From the NCBI RefSeq assembly GCF_006345805.1, contig NC_042998.1, positions 67,456,001-67,520,000 on the forward strand: 64,000 nt of DNA. Reading direction: 5' to 3'. Positions within the stretch are counted from its first letter, which is position 1; the number at the start of each line of letters is the position of its first letter. The translations under genes were made by a program, and so were the position numbers. The notes below the pieces were generated by a model. The model did no database searches, had not been told where the DNA came from, and saw nothing but the letters and a program-made list of their open reading frames with translations. Below are positions 25,791 to 39,725 of the stretch, piece after piece. Origin of the DNA: Octopus sinensis. Taxonomy: Eukaryota.

Positions 25791-26795
25791 TTATTGAAGA
25801 GTTGGTTAATATCACATACACTCACATATAAGCACGTATATACATAGACACAGACACAATTGCATTATACATACCCACACACACTTGCGTAAATGTATAT
25901 ATTCATGTAGACATTGTTTTAAAGAATTCGAAGATTCACAATTCAACGGGCAGTTCTCAAAGAAAAAAAAAAGAATAAACATTTTGGAAACAGGAGTGCA
26001 ATTCACTGACTTCGATATTCGAATGAAACATAGTCATATGTACCATAATCTAAAAATATTATACAATTTTCTCAGAGCCTAATCGACTTATATTGTTGGG
26101 GACGCTATTAGGAACTTACAATATTCTTTGAAATATATTAGTGGTATGCAAATTTGAATGTGAATTCAATTTAGGCTAGAAGATTGATGTGACATAATGC
26201 ACACTGTAACATGCATATTACATAGTGTCCAGCTATGTACTAGTTGCTTCAGAAATCTCAACATGTATCCACGAAGTGTATCTTATTTCTCCTCAACATT
26301 CAGAGGTAAAAGTTCTAAAACACTTTCAATGTCCTGAATGCATGTTCACACGACATGCCAACAAATTTAAGAGCTGATATTATCAGGGCTTGAATTCATT
26401 TAGATCGAGAGACAAAAAAAACTCTCCAATTCCGTGTTCCTAATATTATGGAGTCTCAGAAACTGCATATCAGATAACATCATGTCTGTTTTACATTTCT
26501 ATATCATCACTATATAGAAACATCTTCCTCTAATTGGCTAAATTGAAGGATTTCTGCAGCAACAGTCTAGTTTATGAGTTGGGGTTCTATCCTTTATATG
26601 CAGTGTCATGCAGCGTGATTTGGAAAGCGTTCCCTGTAGGAATAAGTGCATTATATTCTGACTCATGTTTCTGATCGATAGAATAATGTTCATTAATATA
26701 ACGCAGTAGAGTCGATCCATTATTATAATTTTCCTTTACACAGTGGTGTAATACATCATGATATATCAAAGAGAAATTTAATTATATTGAATAGG

Positions 26796-26840
<45 letters not shown>

Positions 26841-27489
26841 TGTGTGTGTGTGAGTGTAACATATATATATATATATATATATTGCAGAATCGCACGCATC
26901 TAGCATCCACGTAAAATTTTTATTTAAAATCACATGAGAATATGAACGCACCACTTTCTTCTTTTCCTTCGTTTATTTTATGTACAGGTTTTGAAGCTAT
27001 TGCCAATTACCTCAAAAGGAGATAAATAATGTTAAATTTAAGTGCTGTCTCTAAAATGAAGCGGGCCGGTATTTTAAAATTTGAAGATATAAATCCCTTA
27101 TAAGCGAAACTATTTTCAGAATAAAATATTTCTATGCTCGATAGAAATAAAAGACCAATAAAAAGACTCGAACATTTCAGTCGATAGTGTAAGAGCAATG
27201 CGGAAATACATAAGCACGATTATTGTAATAGCATTAAAATTGAATGCATTGGGGGAAGTAACTGCAGTGTATGAAAAGAGATAATGATGGTTTTTCTAGG
27301 GCAACTTTTGGAAATGTATGAACCAACTATAGCTTAGCAGCCATGTGTGTTTTATGTCGCAGCATCAATTCTAACTTAAATAAATTACTTCTTCACCGGA
27401 ACCTACATCTTAACAAATGAGTATTGTGTCACTGAATACATTGTCTCTCTAGATATGTATAGAAAACGTACATATTTGACACAAGCGAT

Positions 27490-27598
27490 ATTATTATTAT
27501 TATAATTATTATTATTATTATTATGATTATTATTATTGTTATTGTTGTTGTTGTTGTTGTCGTTGTTGTTGTTGTCGCTGTTGTTGTTAATATTATTA
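27490..27598. repeat. (ATT)n/(GTT)n repeat
   Basis: Direct reading; immediately precedes a SINE cluster. Confidence 0.9.
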
Positions 27599-27599
27599 C

Positions 27600-27814
27600 T
27601 GAGGTGGCGAGCAAGGAGAACCGTACCACACAGGAAAAAATGCTTAGCGGTATTTGTTCTGACTATACGTTCCGAGTTCAAGTTTTTCCGAGGTCGACTT
27701 TGCCTTCCATTTTATCTGGGTCGATGAAATAATTACCAGTTGAGTACTTGGGGTCGATGTAATCGACTGTCCGCCTCCCACCAAATTTTAGGCCTTGTGC
27801 CTATAGTAGAAAAG
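27600..27814 (+). mobile_element. SINE family A
   Basis: Head, GAGTTCAAGT B-box, GAGGTCGACTTTGCCTTCCAT core, GCCTTGTGCCTATAGTAGAAAAG tail. Confidence 0.85.
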
Positions 27815-27832
27815 CTTATTATTAATATTAAT

Positions 27833-27990
27833 TTGGCGAATTGTCAGAATTGTACCGTCTTGGAAAAAATGCTTTGTTCTGAGTTCAAATTCTGCTGAGG
27901 TCGACTTTGCCTTTCATCCTTACGGGGTCGATGAAATAAGTACCAGTTGAGTCGTGAGGTTGATGTAACCGACATGCTCACCTCTTCATA
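27833..27990 (+). mobile_element. SINE family A, degenerate
   Basis: GTTCTGAGTTCAAATTCTGCTGAGGTCGACTTTGCCTTTCATCC core. Confidence 0.8.
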
Positions 27991-28098
27991 GACCAGTATT
28001 TATGACAATCAGACGTAGTTCATTTGGTAAATGTTTAATAAAGATATGCATGGCTATACATAACCATTTGCATCTTTTCCGTAATAATTTTTGGCTGG

Positions 28099-28312
28099 AA
28101 GGCGGCGAGCTGGCAGAAACGTTAGCATGCCGGGCGAAATGCTTAGCAGTATTTCGTTTATCTTTATGTTCTGAGTTCAAATTCTGCCGAGCTAGACTTT
28201 GCCTTTCGTCCTTTTGGTGTCGATAAATTAAGTACCAGTTGCGTATTGGAGTCGATGTAATCGACTGGCCACCTCGACAAACATTTCGGGCCTTGTGCCT
28301 AGAGTAGAAAAA
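28099..28312 (+). mobile_element. SINE family A, full length
   Basis: AAGGCGGCGAGCTGGCAGAAACGTTAGC...GAGTTCAAATTC...GCCTTGTGCCTAGAGTAGAAAAA. Confidence 0.9.
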
Positions 28313-29033
28313 ATATTTTTTGGCTGGGCATGTTCTTTTTATTTTCAGTGAATATGTAAGCACTGATGATTGATTGTGGAATTTTTTTTTATTTCATAAT
28401 GTCTACCGTTACTACATGGCGAAGGAAAAGTTCAAAAGCTTAAACATGAATATGCATCTATCGTCATTGTCAATGACCGTACGTATTGATACTATAGTAA
28501 ATCTAAATAGCAAACATATTTGTGCCAGATTGGACAGCTAAAACAATTGGTAACATGTAATACATTAGTATTATAATAGATCATAATAGACGGGGTAAAT
28601 GTTTTGTAACTATGTAAGTAGACAATTAATGACCATATCGTAAATAAGCGATGAAAAATTTTGTTAGATAATATCATTTATCAATGAGTCAGTTATTAAA
28701 GGAAAGTAAACATGAAATGCATGTCTGTTGTAAATGGTGTGTATTATCCTAACACTAAGCTATTGTTATTTGCTATCTAAATATACAGGGGCATATGTAA
28801 GGAGGCATTAACATTCCATACCAGTTATTTTAAGTGCTTCAGAAACCGAATCATTAAAAGCAGCGATTTCAGTGTGAAAAGTACGAAAGAGCCATTGATG
28901 GAACTTGATTGCTGGGCGACCAGGTAACCAATTAATCTACAGCGCCGCTGCCATTATCTATTCTTAAATTAGTATTACATACTATTGATAGTCTCTCTAC
29001 TATTTCATCTCGCATATATATTATATATATATA

Positions 29034-29090
<57 letters not shown>

Positions 29091-29705
29091 GCAGGTATGG
29101 CTGCCTGGTTAAGCAATTCGATTTTCACTCATTTTCTGTCGGTTTCAAATCCACTGCGTGGCACTTTTGCCAGTGTTTGCTATAGCCCTGGGTCGACCAG
29201 TACATTGTGAGTGAATTTGGTAATGGAAACTGTTGGAAGTCGTATGTATGTGCGTGTTTAAGTATCTTTGGTTTTGTGTTTTACTTACCATAAACCACAA
29301 CATAACCGGTGTTGGTTTGATTGTGTTCTCCGTGAATTAGCGCTACGAGGAAATGAACGATAAAATATGCTCTCCAAATAAGGTGGCGAGTTGGCAGAAT
29401 CGTTATCACGTCAGGCGAAATGCTTAGTGTTTACGTTCTGAGTTCAAATTCCACCGAAGTGGACTTTGCCTTTCATCCTTTCGGAGTCGATAAATTAAGT
29501 ACCAGTTACGCACTGGGGTCGATGCAATCGGCTTAATTCCTTTGTCTGTTCTTGTTTGTCCCCTCTATGTTTACCCCCTTGTAGGCCATAAAGAAATAAG
29601 AATATGCTCTCCAAATATAATTACTGGAGTAGGAACGGTTTGACTTAATATATCAAGGCATCCACCCCTCGGCATGACTGTAGTCTAATGAATGAGACAA
29701 TTAAA
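29091..29705 (+). mobile_element. Old SINE family B interrupted by a family A insertion
   Basis: Family B head at 29091; the family B 3' part resumes after 29617. Confidence 0.7.
29381..29600 (+). mobile_element. SINE family A with 17-bp target-site duplication
   Basis: AATATGCTCTCCAAATA at 29364-29380 and 29601-29617. Confidence 0.9.
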
Positions 29706-30344
29706 GCTACGTACATGCATACATACAACTTGCAACAAAATGCTAGACAGTTACATTGAAGTTTCGGTTTGGTAGTCTTCGTTAGATTAGATTACTCTGT
29801 AGTTCCAAGCTATATACATATTTCTGGTGCTTCATCGTTGGAGTGGAGCAATGGTGCAATGTGGATGCAAATTTTGGTCTGAGCTAGCAAGGTTTTTCTT
29901 GTGAGAAACATTTATGAGTATTTTAATTGGATGAATAGAAGAAAAAAAGTTTTACCAAATATCGAAAAATTTTCGTTAAAAAATTCCCTTTTTTTAAAGC
30001 TATAAATTCTTTATCAAAACGTCACCAACCTTTTTGGAAGTTTCTTTATAGTGCATACATACATACATACAATTTCGTTTCTAAAACCTGATCGTGAATT
30101 CTTCAGCTATTAAACTAGAGCTAACACAAAACATCTTTCAAATTCAGTTGTTAATTCTTCAATGCGACATGAAAGGAGGCTTCCAGCTGCATATAGGAGG
30201 GAGTCTGAATTAGTCTAGAGAATTAGTCTGAGAAAATCTTGAACATCACACAAATGTTTCGTCGATATTATATCAATGCCTGAAATCCAATTCCAAGGAA
30301 GCCTGTCAATCAAAATACGTAACATGTATAGACTACAGATAAAG

Positions 30345-30620
30345 GTATGTGGCCTAGTGGGTAAGGGTATGAGACTCACACTCTTTAGGTCGTGGTTTCG
30401 TTTCCCATACCAGGTAGTGCGACTTGTTCTTGACCAAAGAACTCCATTTTCGCGTTGCTTCAATCCAGTTCAGCTTGAAATGAAAGCCAGTAACAGATGC
30501 AGGATAACCCTGAAACAGGCCTGTGTTCTTTAAGTAAAGGAAATGGTTCTCCTGGATGTTCGTATTCCATGAAAAATGTAAGAACTGCGGCCTGATGAAC
30601 CTACAGGCTCGTGACACACT
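30345..30620 (+). mobile_element. tRNA-derived SINE (another family)
   Basis: A-box TGGCCTAGTGGG, B-box-like GGTTTCGTTTCCC, SINE core TTCTTGACCAAAGAAC...TTGCTTCAATCCAGTTCAGC. Confidence 0.65.
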
Positions 30621-31739
30621 TTAAATCTAAATAGAGTCGAAAGACGGAACTTTTTTTTTAGATATTTCCATCAATATAAATCACATAACTGGAATAACTA
30701 ATCATTCAATTATATACAGTTGAGGGATGGATTAAGACCACAACTTCTTAATTTGCGCTTCTGTTTATGCCTTATGTACATACATCCCCACCAAAAATAT
30801 AACAACTATCATTTATATTTCTCTTGCATCCACACTATCGCACCAATACCACTCTACGTACATGAAGGTACGTTTATGTACATGTGATCGCTCGAAACGC
30901 TCAAGATAGTAACCAAATTTTCAGATCCCAATTTAGCATCTGAAAAACATAATGTCATTTAAATAAGGTGGTTTTAAATATATCTATGAAAACATGGGTT
31001 TCGTGGATGAAACATGATTATAAGTATCATCATATTTGGCCAGGAGCCAAACAGGAGAAGCATAATTTATTTTCGAATAAATAGATTCCCTTTTTTTGAA
31101 TAAGAATTAAATAATTACGGGCTTAAACTTGAATAAGTAGTTATTTATATAACAATTTTGACACATTTAAAATAAAATACTAGTCTAATGCTGTTATATT
31201 TACACGTGAAAATAAATGCACTGCCTACTCACAGAATTGCTAAAAGCAAACACTTGCTCACCAAGTATGATAATATACATATAGGTCTATATGAGAATAA
31301 ATGGATGACGATGGCCAGAGATATAGGCACAGATATACACACGAACGCACTTCAAATTACATTACGATAACGTGCTGGTAGCAACAGAACTAAAGAAACG
31401 TTCATCTAAACACCAGTTCATTCACACAGCCTTTTTTACGAGAACGTATACATATATGCTACAAGTAAGCACATATTTCTATTTTCGATAATAAACCGAA
31501 GACAAATGCACGTGCGCTCACACATACACAGACACACACACGCGCACGTGCGTACACAAGACTTATATACATATATCAATATAGCTTAGCGTCTAGCAAG
31601 ATATTAAGAAAAAGGGCTCTTCTGTTAATTCTTATCTTTACATTTCAATAAGGTGGAATCATTATTTATGAATGTACATCCAGCACTTTGTCTCTACGGT
31701 ATACTCACACATTCCTTCCCACTTATATCTATACGTGTG

Positions 31740-31822
<83 letters not shown>

Positions 31823-32690
31823 TAAACACACACACATACGTATATATGTATATCCATTTATACATATATGTATAGATATGTACGAGCATATATATATTAC
31901 ACACTTGCATACATACGTACACATACAATCTTATATTATAGTCCGATGTATTTCCTTATGTATGCGTCGATTGTCTTCTAGTAACTTGCTATCACCAAAC
32001 ATATGATACAAAACCGACCTATGAGCAACAGAGCGCCTAATGTTTAATGTTCTTATCTTTCTTTCTGCTTAATTGATTTCATGAGAGAAGCGGCAACCTC
32101 TTGCTACACCTCTACTATTTTTCTATTTTATTATTTTCTTTTATATTGTTGCATTTTGTTAATCCCAAATCAGCTCGAATCGAGCTGCCTTACAGTAAAG
32201 TATGTTCCAACGATGGCCATCCCATCTCATTTTCGTGCATTATTATCCTGTGGCTACATTGTCTTTTATGCTAATAACGGTGTGATTCCGGGAAATCTTG
32301 TCTGCAATTTCATTCCAGTTCGAACTAACGCTTCCGACTCTCAATCTTTAGATTATTGTAATATCATCTATTTATCCCTTTTTAACCTGTCCTCCCTGCG
32401 ATTATTAGATATCACATTGGGATTCCTTGCAGCATTACGTCTTCGTGATATCTGTTACAACTCATATTTATATAATACTTTCAGTAATTGATTTTGCTTG
32501 CTTCTCTAGATATTTATTTCGTCTGGTCAAAACGGGTGACATACCTATTATTTGCAGTTACGTCTCAATATCCAGATAACAAAAAATGCAAGCAAAACTA
32601 TTCCTTAATTTAAAATAGCACTGTCTAACTGTCATAGGGTAGAATAAAAAGACACTAACTTTGTTGATCAATCATTATTCGAGCTAGCAT

Positions 32691-33336
32691 AAGGCGGTGA
32701 GCTGGCAGAATGGTTAGCACCCCGGGTTATATACTTAGCGGCATTTCATCCTCACGTTCTGAGTTCAAGTTCCGCCGAGGTCGACTTTATCTTTTATCAT
32801 TTCGGGGTCGTTTAAATAAGTACCAGTTACACAATGGAATCGATGAAATTGACTATCACCCCCACCCCACTTTCAGGCCTTGTGCCTATAGTAGAAAGGA
32901 TTATTTTTATTACTATTATAGTGGTAAGCTGGAAGAATCGTTAACACGTCGGATGAAATGTTTAGCAGCATTTCTTCCAGATTTGCTGTCTAAATTCAAA
33001 TACCGGTGAGGTCGACTTTGCCTTTCATCCTTTCGGGATCGATGAATTAAATACCAGCTACGCACTCGAGTCAATGTAATCGACTGATAATTAAATAATT
33101 ATCACTATTATAATCGTTGTCTAAGGCGGTGAGCTGCTAGAATTTTTAGCACAACTGTCGAAATGCTTAGCTGTATTTCGTGTGTCGCTATGTTCTGATT
33201 TCAAATTCCGGCGAGGTCGATTTTACCTTACATCCATTCGACGTCAATAAAATAAGTACCAGTTGAACACCGGGGTCGATGTAATCGACTCTTCCCCTCC
33301 CCACAAATTGCTGCCCTTGTGGCAAAATTTGAAGCC
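32691..33336 (+). mobile_element. Three head-to-tail SINE family A copies
   Basis: Heads at ~32691, ~32921 and ~33123, each followed by the GAGGTCGACTTT...ATAAGTACCAG core. Confidence 0.9.
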
Positions 33337-34327
33337 ACTATCATTATTGTTGTTACAGCTTTAGTGAAAGCAATCGACCTTATTTTCGACATTATCTTTA
33401 TTGGATTATTGTTGGGTTTTACAAAGGAAGACGTATTTTGTGATGCACTTCTGATAATTTAGGGAATTCAACTGATTTCAAGCTAAACTGAAAGTATTTG
33501 CTTACATGTAATATGTAAGGGAGAATTGTTAATACTGGTATTTATCGCTTTTTGGTGTAACAAAAATTCATGGTGTAACAAAAATTCAAACAGGGTGACT
33601 AAGTCAATGTATGGTGAGAAATCTACAGCAAAATGGAATCAAAAAACATTTAAGCGAACTTTTTACCAAATAGATATATATTACCAAATAGATATATATT
33701 ACCAAATAGATATCATAGATATTCGAGATATTTTCCCTTTAAAAAATAAACAGGACCATATGCAATGTAGCTATTTACCTAGCTACATTCTCCACCCGAT
33801 TATTCAAACGTCAACCACCATTGTAACGCTGTGGGAATATATATATATGTGTATGTGTATGGGTCTTTATGTGCATGAGTGAGTGTGTGAGAGAGAGAGA
33901 GAGATGGAGATGGGGTATAGAAGGATAAAACAACCTCCTACATACAATACAACCAACACACGCAGAAACACTTCAATATTAGCGCATCACTGTAAGCATT
34001 AGGCTCACACAAAGGTATGTCACAAGGAAACTGTTGCAGACGTCTGTCTGTTTCTTGTTTCATTTCTTGTCTTCCGTTGCTCTGCATTCTCTCTCTGCTC
34101 ATAATTCTTTCTTTGAACGCCTGTCTCTTTATACCTCTCAGGATGTCTCATTCTCTCTGGAACTCCCATATAAATTAGTTTTCATGCATATACACATACA
34201 TACGTACATACACAGACACACATATTTCATTTACTAATCGTTATATATAAAATCCAATATCAGGGCTTTAGTACACGATGTTCAAAACACAAAAGAAATT
34301 TCACTTTCGACTCTTTTGCACTGTTTT

Positions 34328-34401
34328 GTATACATACATACATACATACATACATACATACATACATACATACATACATACATACATACATACACGTATA
34401 T

Positions 34402-34448
<47 letters not shown>
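34328..34448. repeat. (TACA)n-(TA)n microsatellite
   Basis: Direct reading. Confidence 0.95.
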
Positions 34449-34452
<4 letters not shown>

Positions 34453-34995
34453 GAATGCGCATACATATTGTACGTATGTAAAAATGTGTATGTGTGACTG
34501 TGTGGTACGTCTCAGCTTGTCGCTACATTATTGTTTGATTTTTGTAGCTTTTTTTCCGTATGTCTGGCTGTAAATTTGTATAGATGTCTGCTGGTCATAA
34601 AAATTTTAAAACAAAAGCCATTTCTCTAAGCTAAATACCGCTATAGTTTGTTTTATTTAATTGTTTTCCTACAAACTATCACCATTAATGTCTATTATGT
34701 AAAACTGTAATTGTATATCGTGACACTTAGCGAATTAATAACCAAATCTTTAAAATATAATAGCTTCTCTTTATGATGTGATGGCTGCTTATAAATACAA
34801 CAGCAAAAACAGCTAAAGTGATAAACAACACGAACATTGAAAAGCAAGGTTTGAAATCTTGGAAAATAGACCTGCAATTTTGAGGGGAAGGGCCAAACTG
34901 ACTAAATCGATTCCAGTACTTGACCGATATGTATTTAATCGAAAATTTCGCCGTTCACTCGTCTTGTGCAAATCTACTGGCCGTCATAAGGTGAA

Positions 34996-35290
34996 AGTAA
35001 GCGTGTGGCTGTGTGGTAAGAAGCAAACGTCCCAATGACATGGTCCCGAGCTCAATCCCACTGCATGGCACCTTTGGTATGTGTCTTCTGTTATAGCCTG
35101 GGGCCGACCAAATTCTTTTGAGTGGATTTGGTAGAAGGAAACTGAAAGTAGCCCGTCGTGTATCTGTGTGTGTGTGTGTGTCTGTGTATCTGTGTTTGTC
35201 GTTCTGCCATTGCCTGTTGGTGTGTTCTGCCATGTTGATGTGTTTACGACCTCGTAAATTAGAGGTTCGCCCAAAGAAACCGTAGAAATT
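34996..35290 (+). mobile_element. SINE family B
   Basis: GTGGCTGTGTGGTAAGAAGC head; GAGTGGATTTGGTAGAAGGAAACTGAAAG core. Confidence 0.85.
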
Positions 35291-36105
35291 AGGGAGAGCC
35301 TAATGCAGTGGCCAAATGTGATGGGCGAAGCCGATATGAGTGGGAGTGGAGATAGCAGTAGTCCAGCCGGTTCCGAGAGGCAGCAACCATTGTAACTCCA
35401 GTAAAAGAAGTCAGTCTGCGTACAGTAGTAGCAATAGTTTAGAAAGCAAATACAAGTGTTATACAGTATCAATAGTTTAGGTTGGGGGGAATTATCTTCT
35501 GGCTCTAAAAATATAGACCAGGGTTGTTATCACACGTATGGCAAGGATGTGCTTTCACCGGGAAAGATTTGCACTGATAGTGAGACCGATGACGTTCTTA
35601 TGATTAAATGGGGTCCTGTTAAAGCACAATATTTGCATACCCAAATGAATTACATTTTATAGGTCTCTGCTCTAGAAGCGCGGGTTTGTTTTGTTGTGCC
35701 AAAGTTGTGAGTTTCATGCGTAAGAGTGGATGTGGCTGGATGGCACAGTATATTCATTTACAGTAAGAACAGAACTGAGACAAATCCGAGCCACGCCAGA
35801 AGAGACTACATTGCCGCTATAGAGACATCGGTCAACATATTTAGGAATAGTGCGATCTTATAAAGATCTAAGAATCCAAGAATAAAGGAAAAGATGGGAC
35901 CCATGAGCGAAAGGTTTCAATAGAAAATTCACATGCCGAACATATTGTTGTATAAAGCAACGTAACTTACAGCAAATTTCTCAATGAGAATCTCTAAATG
36001 TATTTTAGCGGACGAAACCTAAACCACCTGTGGAATTGGCATCACGGAAACTGTTTTGCATGCGTACATACATACCTCTTTATCACATGTGCGTGTATTT
36101 ATCTC

Positions 36106-36138
<33 letters not shown>

Positions 36139-36375
36139 ACACACGCGCGCACGCAAATACACGCACATATATGTATATCATAGTCCATTTCAAAATCTAT
36201 GAAAGCGGTTGTTAAAAATAGTTAAATATATTTATATTATATATTAACTTACACGCATGCGTCTCCCTCTCTCTCTCTGTCTCTCTATCTATCTATCTAT
36301 CCATCCCTATATATATATATATATATATATATAAGTATATGAAAGAATGGAGTTGAACGACTAGTTAACAAATAT

Positions 36376-36470
36376 CCTTTATTCTCGACATATGTTTCGA
36401 AGGCTGCATATTCCTAATTCCGAAGGAATAAGGAGTACATTATGCAGATTTCTCATCAGGAAAATCAAGG
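36376..36470 (-). ncRNA. Type I hammerhead ribozyme, apparently intact
   Basis: CCUUGAUUUUC-CUGAUGA-[GAA..CUGCAUA...UAUGCAG..UUC]-GAAA-CAUAUG-UC^GAGAAUAAAGG: 10 of 11 stem I pairs, long stem II, palindromic stem III. Confidence 0.85.
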
Positions 36471-36588
36471 AAATTATGTCGACATCAAAATGCACAAAAA
36501 ACTTTTAGCTGACCGCTCTCAAGGAGCCCATGGCGATAATGAGTGTCTCTTTATAAGGAGTGACGTCAGAGTGGCTGAATGTAGAAGA

Positions 36589-36589
<1 letters not shown>

Positions 36590-36649
<60 letters not shown>

Positions 36650-36650
36650 C

Positions 36651-36742
<92 letters not shown>
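36590..36742. repeat. (GATA)n microsatellite
   Basis: Direct reading. Confidence 0.95.
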
Positions 36743-36743
<1 letters not shown>

Positions 36744-38316
36744 TGCGTCACTTTTTTTGTTATACAGTAACGGATTTTCGTTAAATCATCGTAAACACGT
36801 TAGCCTTATCTAGAAACGCTAACTTCATGGTGAGGTTAATATAAATACTGTTAATATTGCGTGAACCTTCGACGTGTATTGAGACATATTTGTTATTGAA
36901 AATTAATTTAGCATGTCAAAACTTAAAATGTTACCATAAATGTTTACAGAAATATCGATAATTGTAAATAATATTTTCTTGGAATAAAAGGAAATTATAT
37001 CTGAAACAATCAATATTTGTATGCGTTCCATCATTAAAATGGTTTGGTTGGGTTGCACATGCCAAAACGATTCAATGTATTCTCGAAACTTCTTGTCTAC
37101 AATAGTTTTAATATTTCCTACATTTTATTTCCATTTCACCACAGCAGAAACTTTATTCCATTAATGTTAGTACTAATAGTAACACATACATTCTTTTTTT
37201 TTTTTCTAGTATGTAAACTATATATGACATTAAAAGTCGAACAATGATAATATAAAATATTGATGTAACCACTAAGAGCCATTATATTTTTATACGATGT
37301 TCATTTGAAAAAATTTCTGAAGAAAATAGCAATAAGACTAACTTTGGATTCAAGCCATCATGTGAAATGAAGATGTGTAGTTTATTTCACGTTCCCCACA
37401 GCCAACGAGAAAGACTTAACCTACGCGCCCCGACCTGCTAGAAATAAAGCCAAATGTCTCTCTATTCAATCACATGCACAATTCGAACTTAGTGTATCCA
37501 ATTGAAGTAACATTAAATTGAAATAGCCATTTATGTATTATACTCAGCTTCTGCGCGCTTTTGGAAAATAATATATAGCGGAGCGAAACGAAAATATGTC
37601 CTGGCACTGATGCCAGATAGTTGCGGCATTTTGGTGCCGTGTCAGTGATGTGTACTCGCTAGCCGTATACTTAGACGAAACCTGCCCACTCCGATATATA
37701 CTACACAGGGAATATTATAGTGACTGTTGCGAATAAACGCCGAATTGAATAAAAAAACACGTCCACAATCGAAACAGCATTAAATTAAAATCGCCATCAC
37801 TGTCTCATACAGAATCATACAGTGTATTGTACTTGTTAATATGCATTATAGCGCAGCTTTTCCCCGAGAGAAAATATCTTCGTAGAGATGCTGTGTTAAA
37901 AACAATACATATAGAACCGTGCACAATATATCCACGAATATATGGAAACCAAAGCGCCATGCCTTTAAACAATATATATATAGGTTAAGTACGATGCATG
38001 ACAAGCTATTGTACGCTCATCATTATTACAAAGGAAATGTTTATCCAGAATTCTATGAAACATTATAATATTGGATAAACTAGTCATTGTTAGGAAGTGG
38101 TCAACAAGGCTGCTCATCATATAAGTGTGTAGAATTAGGATTAATCTAAATTTAAACAACATTAACAACTAAATTTGGAGAAAATGCTACTGTTTAGCAG
38201 CCAATCCGCTAGTTCCGATACAAGGAATATAGATTTATACTAATCGTTTATATTACTAGGTAACATGTATTTTATTGTTTGGTATCTTTACAAGTCTTTA
38301 TATATATATATATATA

Positions 38317-38614
38317 TCATCGTGATCACCGTGACCGACCAGGCTATCGGATGTTGCTACACATCGCTGGTCACAATGCGCTTCGCATTGTTTTAGCCTT
38401 CAAATGGTTAAGTGGGCAGGCACACAGAAGAAAGAGTGAGAGAAAGTTGTGGCGAAAGAGTACAGCAGGGATCGCCACCATCCCCTGCCGGGGCCTCGCG
38501 GAGCTTTAGATGTTTTCGCTCAATAAACACTCACAACGCCCGGTCTGGAAATCAAAACAGCGATCCAACGACCGCGAGTCCGCTGCCCTAACCACTGGGT
38601 CATTGCGCCTCCAC
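38317..38614 (-). mobile_element. SINE family C with tRNA-Arg-like head, full length
   Basis: Reverse complement head GTGGAGGCGCAATGACCCAGTGGTTAGGGCAGCGGACTCGCGGTCG; (ATG)-like tail. Confidence 0.85.
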
Positions 38615-39171
38615 ATATATATATATATATTAGACCTTAATAATAATAATGTTATTCCAATATAAACATAACCCACACAGTATTTTGATTTAATGTCAAA
38701 GCAAAGATCTCTCTTACTTCAAAATACAAATTTCTAATGAATGCAGCTGAACCTCGAAATTGTAAGTTGTAACCAATAGAATGCAATATTCCCCAGCTGC
38801 GATGTCACAGTGAGACAAAAATCAGTTGACCTTTCCAAAGATTATTCTCATCAGGTTCATATGAACTATCAACAATTGTAATTTTCGCGATGTCTTACTC
38901 CTCCAGTTATGAATGTTTTCCAAATAAGAGAGCTTTAATACCGTCGGTCATCCATGTCGTTGCATAGGTTGCTACAACGAGATTGTAGACAATAACTTGT
39001 GATCTGTAAAGTTTTCCATACTTAGTTTCACTTTATAAGCACGAGGCCAATGCAAATTCTTGTATCTATAATATGTTTTTAATAATCTTAATGCAAATCA
39101 TAATTACCCTAAATACACGTTTTCATTAGAATAATCATTTCCTAATCCTTTTTAATTTATATAATATATAT

Positions 39172-39226
<55 letters not shown>

Positions 39227-39646
39227 TAACTGCATAATTTAAAATAAAATAAAACCTTAAAAGCATTTTCTGAGATGTGATTTCCCTGTTACGTGATACA
39301 ACTCGCTGTTAATCTGTAGCCTATTCAGCTAATCTATACCTCCAGCGCCTATGATAATCTAACATCAATGAAACGGTAGAATCGCTCGTTTATTGCGATG
39401 AAATGAACACATTAGCGTTACTGCTTTATACATAAAACTACTAGAATGAGAAAGGATAATATAAATATGATTTCGTACGTGAACAAGATTAATTGATTGA
39501 TCATTGTTAATATACTTCGAATTCAATAGAAAGTATCTCAAAGAAATCTGATCTGACAACATTGTGAAATGACTAGGACGGTCAGAAGAGACCCAGCAAG
39601 GCCTGGTTTAGATCCTGTATTGAAATAATATAGAATGCCACACACA

Positions 39647-39725
<79 letters not shown>

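Noticed and set aside
26587-26769. 60-aa ORF with ordinary composition
   Set aside because: No recognisable family and no splice acceptor
30592-30615. CTGATGAACCTACAGGCTCGTGAC
   Set aside because: GAAA is absent and the motif is the 3' tail of a SINE
27600-33336. Regularly recurring GAGGTCGACTTTGCCTTTCATCC as a possible CRISPR-like array
   Set aside because: The repeats are cores of ~215-bp SINEs with homologous rather than unique spacers; eukaryotic context with no cas genes
38828-38854. Minus-strand CUGAUGA...GAAAGGUC
   Set aside because: No stem I, II or III pairing
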